This document shows positions 16,257 through 24,680 of a stretch of DNA of 64,000 bases, in pieces (the stretch's first letter is position 1; each line of letters begins with the position of its first letter). The notes beneath the pieces are model-generated. The model was not told the origin of the DNA. It ran no database searches and worked only from the letters and a program-made list of their open reading frames with translations. This stretch comes from Eubacteriales bacterium (lineage in GTDB: Bacteria > Bacillota > Clostridia > Oscillospirales > UBA644): NCBI GenBank assembly GCA_045637625.1, contig JAZTZU010000040.1, positions 38,474-102,473 on the forward strand, written 5' to 3'. A program made the translations under genes and the position numbers.

Positions 16257-16387
16257 CAAAATATCATACGCCACTATGACACAAAAATTTCATGAAACAT
16301 ATTTGATTTTTCATCGTCTAAATTTATAAGAGGGACAGAAACCCCTCCGTTTCACGATATTGTTTGAAATTTCCCTTAATTAGCACC

Positions 16388-16416
16388 TTGATTTTTCATA
16401 GGTTTTGTGGTATAAT
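16388..16416 (+). promoter_or_regulatory. putative promoter of the sortase gene pair
   Basis: TTGATT (16388-16393), 17 nt, TATAAT (16411-16416), with a TG-containing spacer end. Confidence 0.5.
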
Positions 16417-16524
16417 TACGGGTGGTTCAAACTTCATCAAAAAACGACACGGTCGGAACCTGAGTCACAACACATTCTGAACCGTGTATATTCTTCTGAA
16501 AACAGACTATGGAGGCTAATTTTA

Positions 16525-18165
16525 ATGCAGACAATCAAAACAAGAACAAGATTTATGGCGCTGCTCCTTTGTTTCGTAACGGTATTTTCGCTTATTACCG
16601 CCTGCGGCAAAGACGAACAGCCGGAACAGAAACTTGTTAAGTCCATAACACTTAACATGACAGAATACACTTTCACAAGCTATGACACAACCGTTAAGCT
16701 TGAAGCTTTTGCAATTCCTTCAGATGCCGACAACGCAAACGACCTTGTATGGCAGAGTGCAAATGTCAACATTGCATCTATCAACGCAGATCACGAAGTA
16801 GTACCGATGTCCAACGGTAAAACAGTTATTACTGTTTCCACATCCGACGGTACAGTAACTGCGATGTGCAACATTACAGTTGACGTTGAAGAAGTTGTTG
16901 AGATACCCAATATCCCCGTTGAAAGCGTAAGAATCAACTCAGAATCTTATACATTTGACGAGATCGGTGACACATACAGATTAACAGAAGACGTTCTTCC
17001 CTTCTCCGCAACAAACCCCTCTGTAGTATGGTCATCCTCAGACGAATCAGTTGCGACCGTTGATGCAGCAGGTCTTGTTACTGCAATCAAAAAAGGTACT
17101 GCAACGATCACAGTAACAACAAATGACGGAGGATTCACCGCATCCTGTCAGATCACAGTTGAACCCAAACCCGAAACACCGGCAGTAGATCCCGACAACG
17201 GAAACCAGAGTCAGGGTAACAGCGGTAACTCCGGAAACACCGGAAACAGTGGCAACTCCGGAAACACTGGAAACAGTGGCAACAGCGGCAACTCCGGAAA
17301 CACAGGAACTTCAACAACAAAATTTGACAGAGAAAAGTACTTTAAACCCGTTATTGACTCCGCAGGATATCTTGTAAGCGACGGTCTTGAATATTTCAAC
17401 AGCTACAACCCCGACTGTGTTGCATGGCTTTACATCCCCAACACTAAAGGTTCCGACGGTCTCGGTGAGATCAACTTTGCGGTAGCTCAGGGCAATGACA
17501 ACGAATTATATCTTTCCGTAGGTCTCGATAAAAAGTGGAAAGACGAAGGTTCTGTTTTGGTTGACTACCGAAACTCAATCAAATCCTCAGGCGGTAAGAT
17601 CACAGATAAAAACACAATCTTCTACGGTCACGCAAAAGGAAAAACAACTTTCGACAGACTTGAATTTGCAACAAGATCCGATGAATGGTTCAGCAAAGAA
17701 AGCAACAGATATGTATATCTGAACACCCTCACAGAAGAAACTGTATGGAAAGTCTTTGCATGCTACTACACAGACTCTTCTCAGCACTATTACCTCGATA
17801 TCAACTGGCTTTGGGATACAGAAACATTGAGCGCTCTCCAGGAGACCTTGACAACAGATGAAAAGCTCGAACTTATTCTCGACGAATCCGGAAAGAAAAT
17901 GATGAACTTTATCAATGACGGTAAAACATTTGCTTCTTTCGCAAACAACTGGAGACAGAGAATCAGTACACCTGAAAACGACAAGGAATACGAAACAACT
18001 TACAAGCCTTATGCTCCCATTCTCAGAAACAGAGATTACGGAGTAACTGTAGGTCCCGATGATCAGATCATCACTCTTTCAACATGTTCTTCCGACGTAG
18101 GTAATATGAGATATGTTCTTCATGCTGTTCTTGTTCAGTCAAGACCCAGAACAGACAGAGACTAA
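16525..18165 (+). CDS. lipoprotein with two Big_2 (Ig-like) domains, GNS/GNT linker and C-terminal class B sortase domain
   Basis: ATG 16525 with GGAGG 9 nt upstream. Signal plus lipobox FSLITAC. Two repeats of the Big_2 pattern (VWQSANVNIASI..., VVWSSSDESVATVDAAGLVTAIKKGTATITV). The sortase B blocks VAWLYIPNT...AVAQGNDNELYL...LVDYRN...TIFYGHAKG...ITLSTCSSDVGNMRYVLHAVL are present, with His, Cys and Arg (Cys+8) in place. Confidence 0.75.
   Translation: MQTIKTRTRFMALLLCFVTVFSLITACGKDEQPEQKLVKSITLNMTEYTFTSYDTTVKLEAFAIPSDADNANDLVWQSANVNIASINADHEVVPMSNGKTVITVSTSDGTVTAMCNITVDVEEVVEIPNIPVESVRINSESYTFDEIGDTYRLTEDVLPFSATNPSVVWSSSDESVATVDAAGLVTAIKKGTATITVTTNDGGFTASCQITVEPKPETPAVDPDNGNQSQGNSGNSGNTGNSGNSGNTGNSGNSGNSGNTGTSTTKFDREKYFKPVIDSAGYLVSDGLEYFNSYNPDCVAWLYIPNTKGSDGLGEINFAVAQGNDNELYLSVGLDKKWKDEGSVLVDYRNSIKSSGGKITDKNTIFYGHAKGKTTFDRLEFATRSDEWFSKESNRYVYLNTLTEETVWKVFACYYTDSSQHYYLDINWLWDTETLSALQETLTTDEKLELILDESGKKMMNFINDGKTFASFANNWRQRISTPENDKEYETTYKPYAPILRNRDYGVTVGPDDQIITLSTCSSDVGNMRYVLHAVLVQSRPRTDRD
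17215..17307 (+). repeat. in-frame tandem repeat encoding (GNS/GNT)n
   Basis: 93 nt encoding GNSGNSGNT GNSGNSGNT GNSGNSGNSGNT G, made of 27/27/36-nt imperfect units. Confidence 0.9.
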
Positions 18166-18186
18166 GATAAAGAATGGAGTAAAACA

Positions 18187-19467
18187 ATGGCAGATATCGA
18201 TAACAAAAACGAAACAGCGGTAAATGAAGCCGCAGAAACAAAAGCTCCCGCAAAGAAAAGCGGAGGCAAAAACAATATAATCAGAATCGTTATCCTTGTA
18301 CTTTGCATCGGAGTTTTCGCTTTCTCCGTGTTCAAGATCGGAAGTGACCTTGTGGACGACAACTCTACAGGAGATGAATACAACGATCTCCACGAACTCG
18401 CAGGAAGAGATGAAGTAAACAACGATACACCAACAATTCCCGATGACTCTCAAAACAACAACGAATCTCAGGGTTCTGAAAACAACAACGAAAAAGATCC
18501 CGTTGAACCGACTGATCCCGATCCTGTTGAACCAAATGTTCCCGATGATTCTCAGTCTTCCGAAAACACGGAAACACCCACAACACCCGAAAATCCCGGC
18601 GACAGCACAGAAACACCCGATGATAACACAAATGTTCCCGACAACAGCACGGAAACACCTGACAATACACAGACTCAGACACCTTCAACTGATCCGATGA
18701 ACCCCAGTTCATACAACGACCAGACTGCTGCTGAAGCTGAAAAGGATAAAACTCAGAATGCAATTGTTACAGTAACAAGACCCAATGCATCTCTTGACAA
18801 AACAGACCTTTCAGTTATCCACCCAGACAACATCAAACTTGAAGATATTGCATATCTCAGCGGAATCGACTTCAAAAAGCTTGAACAGAGAAACAGCGAT
18901 ACAGTTGCATGGATCTGCATCCCCGGCAATGACTCAATCACAGGTCTCCCCGTAGATACTGCGGTTGTTCAGACTACAGACAACAGCTACTATCTCTCCC
19001 ACAGCTTCGATAAGTCCGACAATGTAAACGGTTGGATCTACGCAGACTACCGCAACAACATGTCAAATATCACATCAAACTACAACACCGTAATTTACGG
19101 ACACGCAAGAAGCTACCGTATGTTCGGCGGTTTGAAGAACCTCAACGCAACACCTGAATGGTACAAAAACGGATACAACCACTTCATCAAGATCTCAACA
19201 CCCAATGAAGAAACTATCTGGCAGATATTCTCATGGCACGAAACAAACGTTTACTATAACTACATTCAGACAGAATTTACAAGTGCTCAGGAATTCATTG
19301 ATTTTGCAACTGAACTTCAGGACAAAAACGAACTGAAAGGTTATTTCTCAACATTCGAATTCTCTGAAAACAGCAGAATCATTACCCTTTCAACATGTAA
19401 AGGTTCCAACCCCGCAAACAGAGTTGCCGTGCATGCAGTTCTCGTTGCAAGAAACCCTCTCAAGTAA
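18187..19467 (+). CDS. membrane-anchored class B sortase homologue with long acidic Pro/Thr/Asp-rich stalk
   Basis: N-terminal TM segment IIRIVILVLCIGVFAFSVF and a low-complexity stalk of roughly 150-170 aa. Sortase B blocks TVAWICIPGN...VVQTTDNSYYL...YADYRN...TVIYGHARS...ITLSTCKGSNPANRVAVHAVL. Confidence 0.75.
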   Translation: MADIDNKNETAVNEAAETKAPAKKSGGKNNIIRIVILVLCIGVFAFSVFKIGSDLVDDNSTGDEYNDLHELAGRDEVNNDTPTIPDDSQNNNESQGSENNNEKDPVEPTDPDPVEPNVPDDSQSSENTETPTTPENPGDSTETPDDNTNVPDNSTETPDNTQTQTPSTDPMNPSSYNDQTAAEAEKDKTQNAIVTVTRPNASLDKTDLSVIHPDNIKLEDIAYLSGIDFKKLEQRNSDTVAWICIPGNDSITGLPVDTAVVQTTDNSYYLSHSFDKSDNVNGWIYADYRNNMSNITSNYNTVIYGHARSYRMFGGLKNLNATPEWYKNGYNHFIKISTPNEETIWQIFSWHETNVYYNYIQTEFTSAQEFIDFATELQDKNELKGYFSTFEFSENSRIITLSTCKGSNPANRVAVHAVLVARNPLK

Positions 19468-19482
19468 TTTAATACTTATTTT

Positions 19483-19542
19483 ATGGGAAAAACTTTCTTT
19501 TCACAAAAGGAGGTTTTTCCCAAACCTTTTTCGGCTGAAACC
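19483..19542 (+). repeat. hairpin-plus-tail 3' element, copy 2 (most diverged)
   Basis: ATGGGAAAAACTTTCTTTT-CAC-AAAAGGAGGTTTTTCCCA, in which the two non-Watson-Crick positions are T opposite G. Tail AACCTTTTTCGGCTGAAACC. Starts 16 nt after the sortase stop. Confidence 0.75.
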
Positions 19543-19632
19543 ACAGATACTCACCGTATCACGGATTTTCTGAGCATAAAGCGATTTTCTGCACAAACCA
19601 AACAAATTTAATATATTTTCTTCAAAACCCCC

Positions 19633-19661
19633 TTGTTTTTTTTGACTTAATGTGTTATAAT
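19633..19661 (+). promoter_or_regulatory. putative promoter of the AEC transporter/tsaEB operon
   Basis: TTGTTT (19633-19638), 17 nt, TATAAT (19656-19661), with TGT just upstream. Confidence 0.45.
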
Positions 19662-19693
19662 AATGAATGATAGAAAAGAAGGTCTAAAAATAT

Positions 19694-20647
19694 ATGAATC
19701 AAATGCTCGCAATAATCTCCTCGGTAACGGTTCTGGGGCTTTTCATGGCCATAGGTTTTATCTCGGTAAAATCAAAATACGTAAAAAAAGAAGCCACATC
19801 GTTCCTTTCCCATATAGTAACAAGAATAGTCTTCCCCATCTGGATAATGTCAAAACTGCTGTCAAACGATGTAACCATCGAACAGCTGACAGACAGACTC
19901 CCTTTATTTTTGGGTGGATTGATCTTTACACAGTCAACAATGCTTCTGGGAATACTCATAACAAAACTGCTGAAGCTTGAAGACAAAAGAAAATACGTAT
20001 TTGTGGCTATTACATATACAGTCAACAGCATATTCATGGGTGTCCCGGTATGCCAGGAACTTTTCGGAGACTCAGGTGCTTTGAGCTGCACAATACTTGC
20101 CCTCGGATCAAACATAATCACCTGGACAACAGGCGTATCTTACGTCTCCGCAGGGGGAAGAAAGGTTCTTGGAATAGAAAAGGAAAAGGGGAAATTCAGC
20201 ATAAACCCCATAATGGCAACTTATGTTGTATGCCTTGTGCTTAAATTCTGCGGTGTGAACCTGCCGTCTCTGATACTCGGTCCGTTCACAAAATTAGGCA
20301 GCGCACTTTCATACCTTGCAATGATATACCTCGGTATGTCTCTTACAAATCTCAATGTCAAAGAACTTTTCAAGCACAAGCTGATGTATCTCTATTTACC
20401 GCTGAAACTGTTCATAATCCCGATAACAGTAAATGTCATCGCAAAGCTTACGGGACTTTTCACAGAAGAATATCTTGGAGTGTTGACGGTAGTTTATGCC
20501 GCATCCCCAAGCATCTCAATGACAATGTTCTACAAAGAATACGGACTGGACTACGAATTGGGGAATTCCCTGACCTTCATATGCGTATTGCTGAATATAG
20601 TTACGATCCCCTTTGTATTCTGGCTCTGCGGACTCATTACAGTCTGA
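19694..20647 (+). CDS. AEC (auxin efflux carrier) family transporter
   Basis: 317 aa and about 10 hydrophobic segments. The N-terminal pattern and size are typical of AEC/malate-permease-like proteins. Confidence 0.75.
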   Translation: MNQMLAIISSVTVLGLFMAIGFISVKSKYVKKEATSFLSHIVTRIVFPIWIMSKLLSNDVTIEQLTDRLPLFLGGLIFTQSTMLLGILITKLLKLEDKRKYVFVAITYTVNSIFMGVPVCQELFGDSGALSCTILALGSNIITWTTGVSYVSAGGRKVLGIEKEKGKFSINPIMATYVVCLVLKFCGVNLPSLILGPFTKLGSALSYLAMIYLGMSLTNLNVKELFKHKLMYLYLPLKLFIIPITVNVIAKLTGLFTEEYLGVLTVVYAASPSISMTMFYKEYGLDYELGNSLTFICVLLNIVTIPFVFWLCGLITV

Positions 20648-20664
20648 AAATGAAAGGATAACCG

Positions 20665-21072
20665 ATGAAATATACAACTTTTACACCGGAAGAAACCGCT
20701 GAATTAGGCAGAAAATTCGCATCAAAACTCCAAAAAGGCGACACGGTATGCCTCGACGGTGAAATGGGCGCGGGAAAAACCGTTTTTGTCCAGGGATGCG
20801 CACAGGCTCTCGGATACTCAGATGCGGTAACCAGCCCGACTTTCACGCTATGCAACGAATATATAACCGATAACATAAAAATTCTCCACTACGATCTGTA
20901 CAGGATAATGGACGAAGATGACCTTTTCTCCGTAGGTTTTTACGACAACGACGGTGACATAGTGTTTGTTGAGTGGGCAGGAAACGCCGATATCACAGAC
21001 AGAAAATGTATTCATCTGAAATTCTCCTACGGAAGCGGAGACAACGAAAGAAACATAGAAATTCCCGATTAA
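20665..21072 (+). CDS. tsaE: tRNA t6A37 biosynthesis ATPase TsaE
   Basis: GEMGAGKTVFVQG Walker A, SPTFTL and HYDLYR motifs. Confidence 0.9.
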   Translation: MKYTTFTPEETAELGRKFASKLQKGDTVCLDGEMGAGKTVFVQGCAQALGYSDAVTSPTFTLCNEYITDNIKILHYDLYRIMDEDDLFSVGFYDNDGDIVFVEWAGNADITDRKCIHLKFSYGSGDNERNIEIPD

Positions 21073-21084
21073 GGAAGTAGAAAA

Positions 21085-21786
21085 ATGACAACACTCTGCA
21101 TTGACACATCATCCATAACATGCGCTTGCTCCGTCATAAAAGATGACAGCATTCTCGCAGATATTCTCATAAACAACGGACTGAACCACAGTCAGACATT
21201 GTTGCCCTCGATAAAAAAAATCCTTGAAGAAAGCCGTTTGACAATAGCTGATATTGAAAATATTTCCTTGACGGTGGGACCCGGGTCTTTTACCGGAGTC
21301 AAGATCTCAGCTGCAACGATCAAGGGCATCGCATTTGACAGAAATATTCCATGTACTGCAATATCAACCCTTGAAGCCCTTGCATACAACAGAACTTCCG
21401 ACGGACTCGTTTGTGCCGTTATGGACGCAAGACGCGGAATGCTTTATAACGCAAATTTCATGATCCGGAACGGAAAAGCCCAACGCATCACAGAGGACAG
21501 ACAGATAAGCTGTGAAGAGCTTTTCAATGAGATAAACGGAAAAGATATATTTATCACAGGCGACGGAACGGAACTTTTCAAAAAATTCTGCGAAGAACGA
21601 AATTTCACCCCGCAGGCGGCTGAAGGAGACTTCAGATTCGTAAGAGGTATCGGAATCTACAACGCAGCAAAAAATTGCGGATTCAAAGAAACCTCCCATG
21701 AAAAGCTTGTACCGGAATATCTTCGTCTTCCCCAAGCTGAAAGAGAAAGACTTGAAAAAGAAAGAGGAATAAAAAATGGAAACTAA
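21085..21786 (+). CDS. tsaB: tRNA t6A37 biosynthesis protein TsaB
   Basis: LCIDTSS...HSQTLLPSIKKIL...VGPGSFTGVKI pattern (YeaZ family). Confidence 0.85.
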   Translation: MTTLCIDTSSITCACSVIKDDSILADILINNGLNHSQTLLPSIKKILEESRLTIADIENISLTVGPGSFTGVKISAATIKGIAFDRNIPCTAISTLEALAYNRTSDGLVCAVMDARRGMLYNANFMIRNGKAQRITEDRQISCEELFNEINGKDIFITGDGTELFKKFCEERNFTPQAAEGDFRFVRGIGIYNAAKNCGFKETSHEKLVPEYLRLPQAERERLEKERGIKNGN

Positions 21787-22213
21787 AAAAATCGTTATAG
21801 CCTCCGACCATGCAGGCTATGATCTGAAGGAAAAAATCAAAAAATACCTTACCGAAAACAATTACGAAGTTACTGACTGCGGAACAGATTCCACAGCAAG
21901 CTGTGACTATCCTGTATTTGCAAACAAACTCTGCCTTACGATTAAAGATAACCCTGAAATGAAAGGAATTCTCATCTGCGGTACAGGCATAGGAATGAGT
22001 ATGGCAGCAAACAGACATGAACACATCAGAGCAGCTCTCTGTCATAACGAATTCACTGCAAGACTTACACGTCAGCACAACAACGCAAATGTTCTCTGCA
22101 TGGGTGCAAGAACCATCGGCGAAGAGTTGGCATTTGAAACAATGAAAGTCTTCCTCGAAACAGACTTCATGGGAGACAAACACGAACGCAGAATCAATAT
22201 GTTTTCAAAATAA
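21776..22213 (+). CDS. rpiB: ribose-5-phosphate isomerase B
   Basis: KKIVIASDHAGYDLKEKI...ILICGTGIGMSMAANR...NNANVLCMGAR. Confidence 0.9.
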   Translation: METKKIVIASDHAGYDLKEKIKKYLTENNYEVTDCGTDSTASCDYPVFANKLCLTIKDNPEMKGILICGTGIGMSMAANRHEHIRAALCHNEFTARLTRQHNNANVLCMGARTIGEELAFETMKVFLETDFMGDKHERRINMFSK

Positions 22214-22249
22214 AAAAACAGATCAAAATACAGAAATGAGGCAATAAAA

Positions 22250-22876
22250 ATGAAGGTTAACGTTACAAACCATCCCCTTATTCAGCACAAAGTCAGCATT
22301 ATGAGAAAAGTTGAAACAGGTTCCAAAGAATTCAGAGAACTTGCAAGCGAGATATCCATGCTCATGTGCTATGAAGTCACAAGAGATCTTCCCCTTGAAG
22401 AAATCGACATCCAGACTCCCGTAGCTATGACAAAAGGCAAAATGCTTGCAGGCAAAAAAATGGCTGTTATTCCTATCCTCAGAGCAGGTCTCGGAATGGT
22501 TGACGGAATAATTAACCTTATCCCGGCAATCAAAGTCGGACATATCGGTCTTTACAGAGACCCCGAAACTCTCAACCCCGTTGAATATTACTGCAAACTT
22601 CCCTCAGATATCAGCGAAAGAGATGTTCTTTTGGTTGACCCCATGCTCGCAACAGGAGGAAGTGCTTCCGCAGCTATTCAGTTCCTTAAAAACTACGGTG
22701 TAAAAAATATTAAGAGTGTTCACCTCATTGCAGCTCCCGAAGGAGTTGAAAGACTCAACGAAGATCACCCCGATGTTGAAGTTTACTGCGCAGCCCTTGA
22801 CGAAAAACTCAACGAACACGGATACATAGTTCCCGGTCTCGGTGATGCAGGCGACAGAATTTTCGGCACAAAATAA
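22250..22876 (+). CDS. upp: uracil phosphoribosyltransferase
   Basis: HPLIQHK...ILRAGLGM...[12 protein letters not shown]...[15 protein letters not shown]. Confidence 0.95.
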   Translation: MKVNVTNHPLIQHKVSIMRKVETGSKEFRELASEISMLMCYEVTRDLPLEEIDIQTPVAMTKGKMLAGKKMAVIPILRAGLGMVDGIINLIPAIKVGHIGLYRDPETLNPVEYYCKLPSDISERDVLLVDPMLATGGSASAAIQFLKNYGVKNIKSVHLIAAPEGVERLNEDHPDVEVYCAALDEKLNEHGYIVPGLGDAGDRIFGTK

Positions 22877-22894
22877 TAAAACAGAATAAAAAAA

Positions 22895-22924
22895 GAGAGA
22901 CCGTTTTGTATAAATCGGTCTCTC
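22895..22924 (-). terminator. terminator hairpin between convergent upp and GNAT genes
   Basis: GAGAGACCG (22895-22903) / CGGTCTCTC (22916-22924). On the minus strand it is followed by TTTTTTTATTCTGTTTT. On the plus strand the U-tract is displaced (CGAAAAAATTTT). Confidence 0.6.
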
Positions 22925-22940
22925 CGAAAAAATTTTAAAA

Positions 22941-24098
22941 TCAAACCATATCCGGTGGTGTAAACCAAAGAGGCGCAGGGAACCATGATTCCGCAACGGC
23001 GGGTAATCTGACTCCGAGGTTGAAATTAGAACCACCATGCGAAAAGAACTTCTGAACAGCAACAAGATACGGCATCTTAACATCTGCCTCACCGTTGAAA
23101 TCTTCAACAGAAACCGAGTTGTTTTTAACCGTAATCTTGAAGGGTTTATGACCCTCAACTTCAAAACTGCATTCGCCGTCAACGAGGTTCTTCACTGAAG
23201 CTTTGACAGAAAGAAAGGCTTCCAGTACTGACTTAAAATTCAGTATCATAATAAGTTCTATGCAACCTATACCGTACCCCTCAGAATTATGCATCAAAAA
23301 GTTTGCCTTTTCTTCGTTGCAGTATTCAACAAATCCGACATTCACACTATCGGTTCCGTAAAAACGCATCATATCGTTAAGAACATGACCGAATTCAGAA
23401 AAATCAAAAAGTTCTATCTCATCGGTGTTTATGTTATTTTTGACAAGTCCCAAATACCCTTTAAACTCTCCGTCTTTAGTAATAGCAACTATCCTTGCCC
23501 CTTCATTGCAGATACAGTCAAAGAATTTATGCCTTGGACGAAGGACCTTCATAGGCTTACTCATATAAAGATCATATATTTTATCAAGTGTTTCTGTGTC
23601 TTCGCGGTCAACATCCGCAAAACGGTATCCGAAATCGGCATTTTTCCCGTAAAGGTAAACGGCATTTTGCTTTCTGAAATAAGCGCACATATTTGTTCCG
23701 GCAACAGTATATCCGAAATATTCATAGCGCTGTCTTCTTCCGCCGAGAATCGCGAAATCCACACCGTCCTCAAGCATACGGTCTTCCGCATATTTCATCA
23801 GACCTTTCATATACCCACGGCTCCTGTACTCGGGCAAAACACAGACAGTTCCGATTCCGCATGAGCGAAGCTTTTTCCCCATAATATCCATATCAGCATT
23901 ATAAGCGCAAAGAAGTCCGACAATCTTACCTTCTTCACGCACGATGTAATGACTGTCCATGGTATCATCTGTTCTGTAAAGTTTAGGCTGAATGGTTCTG
24001 AAAAAATTCTCTTCAGGAGAATGTCCGAAACCATAATCCGCAGCGCTGACAACATCTTCATAATCAGCGGCGGTAGCTCTCATATATTCAATATTCAT
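22941..24098 (-). CDS. Eis-like GNAT N-acetyltransferase with C-terminal SCP2-like region
   Basis: ATG 24098 lies 7 nt after GGAGG; the track start at 24113 contains that RBS. GIGTVCVLPEYRSRGYMKGLMKY acetyl-CoA motif, about 385 aa. Confidence 0.7.
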   Translation of the reverse strand: MNIEYMRATAADYEDVVSAADYGFGHSPEENFFRTIQPKLYRTDDTMDSHYIVREEGKIVGLLCAYNADMDIMGKKLRSCGIGTVCVLPEYRSRGYMKGLMKYAEDRMLEDGVDFAILGGRRQRYEYFGYTVAGTNMCAYFRKQNAVYLYGKNADFGYRFADVDREDTETLDKIYDLYMSKPMKVLRPRHKFFDCICNEGARIVAITKDGEFKGYLGLVKNNINTDEIELFDFSEFGHVLNDMMRFYGTDSVNVGFVEYCNEEKANFLMHNSEGYGIGCIELIMILNFKSVLEAFLSVKASVKNLVDGECSFEVEGHKPFKITVKNNSVSVEDFNGEADVKMPYLVAVQKFFSHGGSNFNLGVRLPAVAESWFPAPLWFTPPDMV

Positions 24099-24234
24099 AA
24101 TAATCCTCCTCATTCTTTCGGCAAGTAATTATTTTCACGGATAAATTATAACACTATTTACGAGATATGTCAAGAGGTTTCGGGCATAATTTTGAAAATT
24201 AGCCGAAAAAATCGGGGTTCTTTACGAAAACATA

Positions 24235-24263
24235 TTGCATTTTCTCAAAATTTGTGCTATTAT
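24235..24263 (+). promoter_or_regulatory. putative zapA promoter
   Basis: TTGCAT (24235-24240), 17 nt, TATTAT (24258-24263), with TGC upstream. Confidence 0.4.
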
Positions 24264-24323
24264 AAGATATGATTGTAAACCCGTCTTCCACATAGAATAA
24301 AACATACATAAAGGAGTAACATT

Positions 24324-24674
24324 ATGGAGAACGTATACACAGTAAGAATCGGTGGATTCGACCTTTCCCTTTACTCTTCCGAAACAGCGGAATACACAAA
24401 TAAGATTGCAGAAGAAGTTGACAGAAGAATCAAGGAGATCACCTCTGTCAATCCCAGTGTCTCCCTCACAAACGCAGCACTCCTCGTTGCGATGGATCTT
24501 GCGGATGAACTTCTTAAACTCGAAACAGGTACAGACAATATGAGATCTCAGCTCAAAGATTACCTTGACGACACAACAAAAGCTATCGCAGAAAGAGACG
24601 AAGCTCGACGTATGTCTGAAAGACTCAAGGACGAACTTCTCACCCTCAAAATCGAACTCTCCAATAAAAAATAA
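24324..24674 (+). CDS. zapA: cell division protein ZapA
   Basis: 116 aa. VRIGGFDLSLYS...YTNKIAEEVDRRIKEI...LTNAALLVAMDLADEL plus a C-terminal coiled coil. Confidence 0.8.
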   Translation: MENVYTVRIGGFDLSLYSSETAEYTNKIAEEVDRRIKEITSVNPSVSLTNAALLVAMDLADELLKLETGTDNMRSQLKDYLDDTTKAIAERDEARRMSERLKDELLTLKIELSNKK

Positions 24675-24680
24675 TCTGAT

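Noticed and set aside
16405-16524. N-terminal extensions offered by the ORF track: sortase 16405, radical SAM 5462, methylase 6149, DUF6017-like 873, minD 37714 and GNAT 24113
   Set aside because: In each case an internal start has a properly spaced GGAGG-type RBS. The internal start also yields a sensible N-terminus (signal peptide, Walker A spacing or overlap coupling). The extensions have no RBS and odd composition.
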